Shown in pieces: positions 8,993 through 17,267 of a stretch of 25,866 nucleotides of DNA. Each line of letters opens with the position of its first letter. The stretch's first letter is position 1. The translations under genes were made by a program, and so were the position numbers. The DNA is taken from assembly GCA_036479435.1 (NCBI GenBank), contig JAZGFI010000154.1, positions 1 through 25,866 on the forward strand. The letters are read 5' to 3'. The notes beneath the pieces were generated by a model. It did no database searches, was not told where the DNA came from, and worked only from the letters and a program-made list of their open reading frames with translations. The stretch comes from Planctomycetota bacterium (GTDB lineage Bacteria > Planctomycetota > GCA-002687715 > DRQF01).

Positions 8993-10873
8993 ATGTCCCA
9001 CGAAGCAGAAAAGAAAAACCTCTTCTTTCGTCTGATCTTGCCCCTCATCTTGGTCGCCGGCGTCGTCGGCCTGATCTGGGGAGTCGGTGCCTACCAACGG
9101 GCAAAGTCGACCGAGCGCAAGATCAAGTGGATCGAGCATTTCGAGAAACTGGAAGCCGCGGTCGACGACGAAGCCCATGGCAACCTCGACCGTTTACGCA
9201 AGCTGCCGCTAGCCTACAAAGAGCGAGTACAGCCACTTGATTCCGTGGCGCGTCGAACGATTCGCTCGCTCACCGGCGACCGTACGGTTTACGGCGCAGA
9301 CCCGGTTCTTGTGTTTTTGTCGATGGCCTTTGACGGGATATCTGATGGCTGGAATGAGATTCCGATTTTCATGATCAGCTACGGGGTCAACCGCTCTCGG
9401 GTGGGCATCGACAACGTCGACAAGCTATCGACTTACGATCAGATCAAGAATTCTGAGCTCACTAGCTACGTCGCTGAGGTTCGCAAAGAGTTTGCCAACA
9501 AGGCCAGTCAGATGTCGATGCCCGACCAAGAGCTCGTCCGCGCTCACGCCACCTACGCTCGCGAACTTGAGCTCGGGTTTCAGCACTTGTTTTTCATCGC
9601 TCCGCCTACCGAGGCCCAACGCATTGCCGACGATGCCCGTCAAGCGGATTGGCACTTACCCATCGCCGAGGATTTGGAAGGGCACGACCCGAAAATTGCT
9701 CGGGAAGTTCAAACCGCCTACGCCGACCTCAGAACCGCCTGGCGCGCTCGCGACAAGGGCGGAATCAAGTCCGCGACGGAGCGCCTCCTTGCGGCAACGA
9801 CCGCGTTAGACCCAGCCGCCATGCCGGACGAGAAGAGAATCAGCGATGAGATCTCACTCAACCTCGTCAACCCCTTCACCCGCGCAAGCTGGCTGTACCT
9901 TTTCGCCAGCATCTTTGCGCTATTTAGCTGGGCTTTCCGCCTGAACTCATTGCGCTGGATCGCGATTTTGGCCGGGGTCATCGGGATGGCCCTCACCGCA
10001 TTTGGTTTCTACATGCGAGTCCAGCTCGGCTTTGGCGTGACGGTCACGAACCTTTACGAATCAATGGTGGCCATTTCATTCACCACCATGTTGATCTGCA
10101 TCGTGCTCGATTTGCTGCGCGGTAGCAGCTTCGGCATCTTGGTGGGTGGCATCGGCGCCTTTGTACTACTGGCCATACTCGACCGCTATAGCGACAAGTT
10201 CGATTCCGCCATCGGCGGCACCATCGCGGTCTTGGCCAACAACATTTGGGTGCACATTCACGTACCTATCGTGATGGCTTCCTACGCCGCCTACCTCATT
10301 GCGTTCATGCTTGCGGTCATCGCGATTCCCTGGTGCTTCCGTGACCCGAAGGCGTCAGATCCTGACCTGAAGGGCATTTTGAAAACGGCCGAGATCGCCA
10401 CCAATGTGGGAACGCTGTTGATCTTCATTGGGATGGTATTGGGCGGCGTCTGGGCTGCCGACAGTTGGGGGAGATTTTGGGGCTGGGACCCAAAAGAAAC
10501 CTGGTCCGCAATCCTCTTCCTCTTCTATATCATCGTCATCCACTTGCGCCTTGTTGGCTTCAAGCGAACCATCGGCGGAGTGACGAAGTCGATGAAGATG
10601 TCGCCGTTTTGGTACTCCATGTGCCTTTTCACTGGTGGTAACATCCTGCTGTGGACCTACTACGGCACGAATGAGTTGCTGAGCGGGCTACACTCCTACG
10701 CCAACTCTTCGGGCGGGGCTGGTTTTTGGGACAACTTGATTCATGATCGTAACCGCTGGTTCGTATGGACTTCCGGCAGCATGTTGGTCCTCACCATCTT
10801 GGCAAGCGTCGCCTATTTGATGCTGGCGCCAAAGGCCGCGCCTACGATCTCCAAAGCAAACGCTGCGGCATAA
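8993..10873 (+). CDS. ccsA: CcsA/ResC cytochrome c biogenesis protein (system II heme lyase)
   Basis: WWD motif GGVWAADSWGRFWGWDPKETW, TNLYES, His ligands in WVHIHVP and SGLHSY, and a GAGG RBS. Confidence 0.93.
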   Translation: MSHEAEKKNLFFRLILPLILVAGVVGLIWGVGAYQRAKSTERKIKWIEHFEKLEAAVDDEAHGNLDRLRKLPLAYKERVQPLDSVARRTIRSLTGDRTVYGADPVLVFLSMAFDGISDGWNEIPIFMISYGVNRSRVGIDNVDKLSTYDQIKNSELTSYVAEVRKEFANKASQMSMPDQELVRAHATYARELELGFQHLFFIAPPTEAQRIADDARQADWHLPIAEDLEGHDPKIAREVQTAYADLRTAWRARDKGGIKSATERLLAATTALDPAAMPDEKRISDEISLNLVNPFTRASWLYLFASIFALFSWAFRLNSLRWIAILAGVIGMALTAFGFYMRVQLGFGVTVTNLYESMVAISFTTMLICIVLDLLRGSSFGILVGGIGAFVLLAILDRYSDKFDSAIGGTIAVLANNIWVHIHVPIVMASYAAYLIAFMLAVIAIPWCFRDPKASDPDLKGILKTAEIATNVGTLLIFIGMVLGGVWAADSWGRFWGWDPKETWSAILFLFYIIVIHLRLVGFKRTIGGVTKSMKMSPFWYSMCLFTGGNILLWTYYGTNELLSGLHSYANSSGGAGFWDNLIHDRNRWFVWTSGSMLVLTILASVAYLMLAPKAAPTISKANAAA

Positions 10874-10906
10874 AAGACGAGAGAAAAGACAAGAGAACTG
10901 AAGTCC

Positions 10907-11503
10907 ATGCATGAATCAAGCAACTTGAGCCAAGACACCGTCGCCGGCCACAACCAGGCGAGCATCGAGGATCTCACGTCGAAGCTGCTGAGCAAGATCG
11001 GCGAAGATCCCGAGCGCGAGGGGCTCATGAAGACCCCCGCCCGTGTCGCTCGGGCCTGGGACGACCTCACTACTGGCTACCACGCCAATATCCAAGAGAT
11101 CGTCAACGGCGCCATCTTCGAGGAAGACGCGAACGAGATCGTCCTCGTTAAGGACATCGAGATCTACTCGCTTTGCGAACATCACCTGCTGCCGTTTTAC
11201 GGCAAGTGCCATGTCGCCTATATTCCAAACGGTCGTGTCGTGGGGCTTTCGAAGCTTCCGCGGATCGTCGATGCGTTTGCGCGTCGACTCCAGGTGCAAG
11301 AACGCCTCACGACTCAAATTGCGAACGCCGTGAACGAAGTCCTTGCGCCGCAGGGCGTAGCCGTCATCATTGAGGCGAGCCACTTGTGCATGATGATGCG
11401 CGGGGTGCAGAAACAGAATTCAACGACCACCACCAGCGCCATGCTCGGTCAATTTCGTGAAGACCCCAGGACTCGCGCCGAGCTCCTGGGCTTTCTTCGC
11501 TAA
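10907..11503 (+). CDS. folE: GTP cyclohydrolase I
   Basis: Motifs [43 protein letters not shown] and [11 protein letters not shown]. Confidence 0.97.
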   Translation: MHESSNLSQDTVAGHNQASIEDLTSKLLSKIGEDPEREGLMKTPARVARAWDDLTTGYHANIQEIVNGAIFEEDANEIVLVKDIEIYSLCEHHLLPFYGKCHVAYIPNGRVVGLSKLPRIVDAFARRLQVQERLTTQIANAVNEVLAPQGVAVIIEASHLCMMMRGVQKQNSTTTTSAMLGQFREDPRTRAELLGFLR

Positions 11504-11513
11504 CGGAGTTTTC

Positions 11514-11894
11514 GTGGAACTTAACGTCACGACTGAAATTTTGAGCGTCGAAGAGGCTCGCCGACGACTCGGCGAAGTGCGAGTTCACGTCGAGTGCATC
11601 ATGGAGATCGCCCTCGAAGCCGACGAACTTCAAGAGCGCGAAAGCCAAGCCGAAGGGCCGCAGCCCAAGGCCGCGGCACGGCTCGACGAACTTCAGGCCG
11701 AATTCGTGCGGCATACCCGCGCTATGAACGAACTGGGCGCGGTCCTCAAGGATGCAAAAACCGGCCTCATCGACTTCTACGCTTGGCGCAAGAACGAGAT
11801 GGTCTTGTTGTGCTGGCGCCACGGCGAGAAGACAATCGAATACTGGCACGGTATCGATGACGGATTTGGCGGGCGCTTAGCCATCGATTTCTAG
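11514..11894 (+). CDS. DUF2203-family protein
   Basis: LSVEEA...coiled coil...GAVLKDAKTGLIDFY...VLLCWRHGE..IEYWH..DDGFGGR. GGAG RBS at 11505 precedes GTG 11514. Confidence 0.85.
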   Translation: MELNVTTEILSVEEARRRLGEVRVHVECIMEIALEADELQERESQAEGPQPKAAARLDELQAEFVRHTRAMNELGAVLKDAKTGLIDFYAWRKNEMVLLCWRHGEKTIEYWHGIDDGFGGRLAIDF

Positions 11895-11987
11895 ATCGCC
11901 GTCACCTTCGGTGACTCCCAACGTCCATGACCTTGAACACCCCCGGACCCGCGCTGATGCGCGACTCAAATTATTGGGGCTGTCTTC

Positions 11988-12416
11988 ATGACTAAACTGG
12001 CTCGCTTCGTCTTGATTTTACTCTTGGGCACCACGGTTCTAGCCGCGCAGGGACCAAGTGGCAGCTATGTCAAACTGCGTGGCGCTCGCCTTACGCGCTT
12101 TGAGAAAACCTCTGCCGCATCTGAAGCTCGACGGCCCGTACAGCTCGTTCTACCCGCCAAACTTCTGACCGACGGTTCGCTCAAAAAACTTGGTCGCAGC
12201 AAAAGGTGGGTGTGCTTCGAGCACAACAAAGTGCTGTACTACCTGCGCCGCCAAGACCCCTACCTCATTCAATCTCAGCGCAAGGCGGGCAAACAAAGTG
12301 GAGCCCAGATGCTCTTGAAAGGAAAGGTCAAATCCCTGCGACTCAAAGGCAAAAAGACCTGGGCCGTCCGCGTCGAATCTCTACAAGTCAAAGCCAAGCG
12401 AAGAAAACGCAAGTAG
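11988..12416 (+). CDS. Hypothetical secreted, highly basic protein (142 aa)
   Basis: Signal peptide MTKLARFVLILLLGTTVLA and a Lys/Arg-rich, beta-rich mature region. Confidence 0.7.
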   Translation: MTKLARFVLILLLGTTVLAAQGPSGSYVKLRGARLTRFEKTSAASEARRPVQLVLPAKLLTDGSLKKLGRSKRWVCFEHNKVLYYLRRQDPYLIQSQRKAGKQSGAQMLLKGKVKSLRLKGKKTWAVRVESLQVKAKRRKRK

Positions 12417-12450
12417 CGTGCGGAGCTCATGGCTGGCGGCAGAGCGGGCC

Positions 12451-12495
12451 AACAAAAAACTCACGCCCGACTCTTTGCAGAATCGAGCGTGAGTT
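12451..12495 (-). terminator. Intrinsic terminator on the minus strand
   Basis: Minus strand reads AACTCACGCTCGATTCT-GCAA-AGAGTCGGGCGTGAGTT-TTTTGTT: a 17-bp stem with two G-U pairs (A-C mismatches on plus), a GNRA loop and a U tract. Confidence 0.8.
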
Positions 12496-12716
12496 AGTTG
12501 GAGATCTTTTGGACTCGAAACTTCCTGGGCCGCCACAGTGCCTTTCGGGAGGAAGTCCGAATAGAGACGTTGATGGAGCGGATGATTAAATTGTTCCCGT
12601 GCGACCATCGAGTCCGCAAGAACGAAGACGATTCCCCTTGAGGAATCTCGCCCGAGCCGAGGCCCGAACACACCGCTACTAAACAACTTCCGTACCAGCG
12701 CCCGAAAAATCTCCAA
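12451..12716 (-). ncRNA. Candidate structured RNA of unknown class; 5' end uncertain
   Basis: Minus-strand terminator with no credible minus-strand CDS upstream. Nested stems at 12518-26/12550-58, CC-GAAA-GG, 12511-18/12608-15, 12630-35/12642-47 and 12498-505/12709-16. Confidence 0.4.
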
Positions 12717-12896
12717 TCGCCGCGCTAAAACTTCAACTTCCGCGCGTAAGCCCTGCCCAAATCGGGTATTAGTATCAGGAGTGCGATCATCAAATGACCG
12801 CCTCGCCACGGCCGTTTCGAGACGGCGAGTGGGAAGTGTCGCCTTAGGAGGACGCACCCGCCCCTTTGGTGTCGCATTTTTGAGAAAGGTCCCGAC

Positions 12897-13754
12897 GTGA
12901 ATTCTATATCGACGATTCTCTGCTCCGTTTTGTTGTCTGGTGCCATGGCTGGTGGCGCCGTGTGGTGGGCCAACAATCAAGATTCGAATGCTGATCTCGA
13001 TGGTGGCAACGCCAATCTTGCGAACGCTCACGAGAGCCTTCGCGAGATGGAAGCCCGCATGGAGAAACTTGACAAAGATTTGGCGGAGCGGGAGCGGCAA
13101 ACAGAAACGCTTCGGATCTTGACCGAAGATCTGCCCGCCGACGTCGCGGCCATGCGCCAAGAACTCAAAGACATGCGCCGCGAGGTGGCCCAGCTTAGGG
13201 CCTCAAAACGCGGGCGAACCGGCACCGGAAGTGATGAATCACTGGTTAGCGCCGGCGACCTTGAGAAGTTCATTAAGTCTCAGGTCGCATCACAGGTGAA
13301 AAAGGGCGCGAAGAAGGCTCGCCGCAGAACCTTCACTCAGTTTGCACCGATGGCCAAGATGGGCATGCAACGCCGCCTGCAACGCAACGCCAAGAAACTG
13401 AAGCTCAACCCCGAACAATCGCGTCGTCTCAACGAAGCTTCCAACAAGGCCTTCGATGCGGCGATGCCCAACGTCGCGGTCGCGATGGACGGCGAATCGA
13501 CTCCCGAAGAACGGGAACAAGCCCTAACCGACATCCAAACCGAAATGGAAACGGTCAGCAACGACGCCGAGAGCTACATGGACTCTGAACAGTTCACCCA
13601 GTTTCTCGCCATGCAGCAGGAACAATCCGATCAGTTCCAAGCGATGCAACAAGCTTTCACTGGCGGCAACTCCAGCAGCAACCCCGGCGGAGTCAGCGGC
13701 GGAGGCGACGCCCCCAGCGGCCCCACCCGAGGCTCCGCCTCGCAACCCAATTAA
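12897..13754 (+). CDS. Hypothetical membrane-anchored coiled-coil protein (285 aa)
   Basis: GAAAGG RBS before GTG, an N-terminal hydrophobic helix, a heptad-rich middle and a Gly/Ser/Pro tail. Confidence 0.8.
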   Translation: MNSISTILCSVLLSGAMAGGAVWWANNQDSNADLDGGNANLANAHESLREMEARMEKLDKDLAERERQTETLRILTEDLPADVAAMRQELKDMRREVAQLRASKRGRTGTGSDESLVSAGDLEKFIKSQVASQVKKGAKKARRRTFTQFAPMAKMGMQRRLQRNAKKLKLNPEQSRRLNEASNKAFDAAMPNVAVAMDGESTPEEREQALTDIQTEMETVSNDAESYMDSEQFTQFLAMQQEQSDQFQAMQQAFTGGNSSSNPGGVSGGGDAPSGPTRGSASQPN

Positions 13755-13763
13755 GACCAAGCC

Positions 13764-13791
13764 GTCGTTAGGCCCTTTTGGGCCTGGCGGC
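13764..13791 (+). terminator. Hairpin between convergent genes (probable terminator)
   Basis: GTCGTTAGGCCC-TTTT-GGGCCTGGCGGC, a 12-bp stem with G-U pairs, just after the stop at 13754. No U tract follows. Confidence 0.55.
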
Positions 13792-13814
13792 TGAGAGCAA
13801 AGGTTAGTGAAGAA

Positions 13815-15791
13815 CTAGTTCGGAAAGGAGATCTTTTCGATGAAGTCGCCCTGCACCAGGGAATCGAGGGCATCCCATCCCGAGGTCACCTGGGCAAAGA
13901 TTGTGTAGCGGCCGTCGAGATGGGGTTGGGGTTGGAAGCAGATAAACCACTGTGATCCGCCGGTGTGTTGGCCGGCCAAGGCCATCCCGATGCTGCCGCG
14001 ATCATAGCTAAGCTCGTTGAGCTCGCAGCGAATGCTCTTGCCGGGTCCTCCCCAGCCGTCGCCGCGCGGGCAACCCGCCTGAGCCACGAAGTCTGGGATG
14101 ACGCGGTGAAAAAGAATGCCGTCGTAGAATCCCGATGTGCTGAGATCCATGAAGTTCATCACGGTGAAGGGCGCGTGGTGCGGCTTCAAATCGATCTTGA
14201 TCTCACCGCGCGACGTCTTAATAACCGCGGGAATCGTGGCCGGGCCCCTCATCAGCGCGATGGCACGGGCTAAGGCTTCATCCGTCGGGAGGGCCAGGGG
14301 GATGTGGCCGGGGATGGTGGCGGCCTTCAGTTCTTTGAGTTTGGCGCGAGCCATCGTTCGAATGGCGAGCTCGGGATCCGAAGCGGCAACTTGGCTTAAA
14401 AAGTCCTCGCGCTTTTTTCCCTCCATCGCGAAAGCAGCCTTCAAGATGGCTTGCTTGGCCTCGGCCTGCGAAGCGGGGAGCACACCGTAGCCCCTTTTGA
14501 TCAGGGCCCAGCGGCCTTGGGCCGCAGTCGTTTTGTCGGCAGGTGTTGTTGCACCCTCGCTGGGCGAAAGGCCCGCGAGGGCATCGAATGCGATGGCCAA
14601 AATCACGGCGTCGCGGCTCGTGGCGGCGAGTTTTTCCATGCGATCTTTCAGCCCAGGTCCTTTCTCCGCCGCTAAGGCCTCGGCGGTCGCGGCGACCACC
14701 CGGCGATCGGGATCGGCGAAGAAACGGTCGATCTTGGCGCGGTTTTGGGAATCCGTTTCAACCAGGGCCTGAGCGTAGGCCGCGCGGACAACCCAAGATT
14801 CGGACAAACGGGCCGTCGGGTAATAGATCCTAAACGCTGCCGGTGAAAGACGCGCGAGAGGCAAGACCGCAGCGCGGCGAACGTCCTCGACGGGATCGTG
14901 AGTCAACATGGCGTAGACCAAGGTCGACAATCCGCGCTTTGCTCCGTCCCTAAGATCCCCGGACTTGGCGAGCGCGGCCAAAGTCTCGAGGCCTGTTCTT
15001 TGAAGGTGTGGATCGCCCGACTTGAGTGCCTCCAAGACCGCTGGCATTGCACCTCGAGAGCTAAGCTGGCCAAGGGCACGCAAGGCATTGATTCGAACGC
15101 TGCGTTCTTCGCGGCTAAGCACCGCGGCAACCAAGGACCCCACGGCAACTTTGTGTTTCACCGCGCCTAGATGCCGCGCCGTAAGGGCTGCGACGAGGGG
15201 GTTGCTGTCTTTCAGGCCCTCTATTCGGCGGTCAAGATCCTGTTTGTCTTGGTATCGATAAAGAGCGAAGGCGGCCCAAGCCCGTCGGTCCCAGTTGGCC
15301 GCGCTCGAACCCGAACCCGTCTTGTCGCGTAGCAACTTCCTCGCCAGCAACAGAGTCATCTTTTTCCGCTCAACTTTTCCTGGCCTTTTATCTTCGCGCC
15401 ACGAATAGAGAAGTTCAGCGCGCTGCTTGTTGTTGGATTTGAGATTGGCCGCGCGCGAACCGGAGTTGATCGCGGCTCGTGCGCGATCAAAAAAAGACCA
15501 TCGGGACTCGCGCCGGTGAAGGTCGGCCGGAGCAAATCTCAAGAGCAAGCGAAAAGGAATCAGCGCGCCCGACTCAAGCGCCGTCGACTCCGGTCTCTGC
15601 TCCGCGCTAAGTCGCCATTTTTGCAACATGACCTTGACCTGATCTTCCCAGCCCGGATGCTGCGCACCCTGCTCGGCAAGCTTGAGCAAGGCGGCCCAGG
15701 CCGGCAAGTCCTCTTGCGCTTTCAACGACGAAAACTCCGAGACTCCGGCCGTCAGCGAAATGCAAAGCAGCAAGCACAACCTGAGTGACAT
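13815..15791 (-). CDS. Exported HEAT-repeat protein with C-terminal cyclophilin-type peptidyl-prolyl isomerase (658 aa)
   Basis: Signal peptide MSLRLCLLLCISLTAG, HEAT-like repeats (VRINALRALG, VRRAAV, VRAAYAQAL, DPDRRV) and cyclophilin motifs FYDGILFHRVIPDFVAQAGCPRGDG, GGSQWF and HLDGRYTIF. The ATG overlaps the upstream stop (TGATG). Confidence 0.88.
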   Translation of the reverse strand: MSLRLCLLLCISLTAGVSEFSSLKAQEDLPAWAALLKLAEQGAQHPGWEDQVKVMLQKWRLSAEQRPESTALESGALIPFRLLLRFAPADLHRRESRWSFFDRARAAINSGSRAANLKSNNKQRAELLYSWREDKRPGKVERKKMTLLLARKLLRDKTGSGSSAANWDRRAWAAFALYRYQDKQDLDRRIEGLKDSNPLVAALTARHLGAVKHKVAVGSLVAAVLSREERSVRINALRALGQLSSRGAMPAVLEALKSGDPHLQRTGLETLAALAKSGDLRDGAKRGLSTLVYAMLTHDPVEDVRRAAVLPLARLSPAAFRIYYPTARLSESWVVRAAYAQALVETDSQNRAKIDRFFADPDRRVVAATAEALAAEKGPGLKDRMEKLAATSRDAVILAIAFDALAGLSPSEGATTPADKTTAAQGRWALIKRGYGVLPASQAEAKQAILKAAFAMEGKKREDFLSQVAASDPELAIRTMARAKLKELKAATIPGHIPLALPTDEALARAIALMRGPATIPAVIKTSRGEIKIDLKPHHAPFTVMNFMDLSTSGFYDGILFHRVIPDFVAQAGCPRGDGWGGPGKSIRCELNELSYDRGSIGMALAGQHTGGSQWFICFQPQPHLDGRYTIFAQVTSGWDALDSLVQGDFIEKISFPN

Positions 15792-17173
15792 CAAAACGCC
15801 TCCCGAACGCGGCTGAGATCTAATTCGCTGTATGGCTCCAGTCTCTTCAAAAAGACCGCCCGAATGGACTCGAGACCAGCTTGAGTCAGAGACTCGAATC
15901 TGATCGTGAGGTTCGCGGTCGTGTTGCTGGCGCGGACCAAACCCCAACCTTCTTTCATCCGCACCCGAGCGCCATCGACGTCATTCACCTGAAAATCAGC
16001 TGTAAACGACTTCACGAGTTCCTCAACGATCACGAACTTGCGGTCTTCGGGAACGGCGACCTTGATTTCGGCGGTGCTGAAAGTCTCGGGAATGCCCTCA
16101 AAAAGACCAGAGACGCGGCAGCCCTTAGTTTCCATCAGCCGCAACAATTCAAAAGCGCAAAAGAAGGGGTCGTCGATCGGATACCACTCACGGCCAAAAA
16201 CGATGTGCCCCGAAAGCTCGCCGCCGAGAATGGCGTCTAGCGCGGCCATGTCTTTTTTTAGAATCGAGTGACCGGTTTGTCCCATGACGGGCTTGCCACC
16301 CGCAGCGCGGATCTCGTCTTCGAGGAAGTCACTGCACTTAATGTCGTAGCGAACGATGCCGCCGGGATGCCGGGTTAAGAGATCCCGCGCAAAAACGGTA
16401 ACCAACCAGTCGGCACTGATCTTGCGACCGTTTTCGTCGATGATCCCGAGGCGGTCGGCGTCGCCGTCGTAGCCGAGACCGATATCGGCACCCTCGGATT
16501 TCACCTTGGCGACGAGGTCCTTCATGTACTCTGGTACTTCGGGATCGGGAAGGTGATTGGGGAAAGTCCCGTCGGGCTCGGTGTAAAGCTCGATGACCTC
16601 GTGTCCCGCCTCACGAAGAAGGCCCGGAATGACCGGCCCGCCGACGCCGTTACCACAGTCGACGACAATCTTTCTTCTGGCGCCAAAGTCAAAGCGACCG
16701 AGCAAGTCATCGCGGTATTTGGGGAAGATGTCCAAGGTCGAAGCGCTGCCCTCGCCGGTAGCAGATTCAAAGTCCTCCGCCTCGGCAACTTTTCGAATCT
16801 CTTGAATTTGCTCGCCCCACAGTGCGAGTTTCCCCTCGCAGAGCTTAAGACCGTTGTAGTCGATCGGGTTGTGGGAGCCGGTGACCATGACTCCACCGTC
16901 GAGTTTTTCTTGCAAGATGGCGTAGTAGACAAAAGGCGTCGGCACGACGCCGAGATCAATGACATCCAGTCCGCAAGACAACAGCCCCTCGGTCAAGGCC
17001 GCCGCGAAGGGAGCCGAAGTAAGCCTGACGTCCCGCCCCACCGCAAAACGGCGGTGCCCGCGGCGTTTCATGATCGAACCGTAGGCACGCGCGATCAGAC
17101 CTACGCTCTTTTCATTGAAGTTGTCGCCCACCAGGCCTCGGATGTCGTATTGGCGAAAAATGCTCGGGTCCAC
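15791..17173 (-). CDS. Phosphomannomutase/phosphoglucomutase (alpha-D-phosphohexomutase, AlgC-like)
   Basis: Motifs IFRQYDIRG, TGSHNP (phospho-Ser), DGDADR (metal loop), GELSGH and GLVRASNT. Confidence 0.95.
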   Translation of the reverse strand: MDPSIFRQYDIRGLVGDNFNEKSVGLIARAYGSIMKRRGHRRFAVGRDVRLTSAPFAAALTEGLLSCGLDVIDLGVVPTPFVYYAILQEKLDGGVMVTGSHNPIDYNGLKLCEGKLALWGEQIQEIRKVAEAEDFESATGEGSASTLDIFPKYRDDLLGRFDFGARRKIVVDCGNGVGGPVIPGLLREAGHEVIELYTEPDGTFPNHLPDPEVPEYMKDLVAKVKSEGADIGLGYDGDADRLGIIDENGRKISADWLVTVFARDLLTRHPGGIVRYDIKCSDFLEDEIRAAGGKPVMGQTGHSILKKDMAALDAILGGELSGHIVFGREWYPIDDPFFCAFELLRLMETKGCRVSGLFEGIPETFSTAEIKVAVPEDRKFVIVEELVKSFTADFQVNDVDGARVRMKEGWGLVRASNTTANLTIRFESLTQAGLESIRAVFLKRLEPYSELDLSRVREAF

Positions 17174-17233
17174 AGTATTCCCCTATTTTGTCGAATCCGG
17201 GCGGAAGCTACGGACGGCACCGGCCTTGCCCGT

Positions 17234-17239
17234 TACAAT
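17234..17239 (+). promoter_or_regulatory. Candidate -10 element (TACAAT) for the nucleoside operon
   Basis: Near-consensus hexamer 28 nt before ATG 17268, in a 94-bp divergent spacer. No clear -35 element. Confidence 0.35.
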
Positions 17240-17267
17240 GCGCGCCCCTTAGTCCGCGAGACATAGC

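Noticed and set aside
12498..12560. tRNA/tmRNA T-arm (TTCGAGTCC on minus) or RNase P motif (GAGGAAGTCC on plus)
   Set aside because: No paired T-stem, cloverleaf or CCA geometry. The RNase P word lacks one A and its other conserved regions are absent.
12381..13160. 259-aa minus-strand ORF
   Set aside because: It overlaps two better-supported plus-strand genes, runs through a terminator and has no recognisable motifs.
15792..15947. Upstream TTG start for the HEAT-cyclophilin
   Set aside because: It lies inside the PMM/PGM gene. ATG 15791 places the signal peptide at the N-terminus and gives a coupled overlap.
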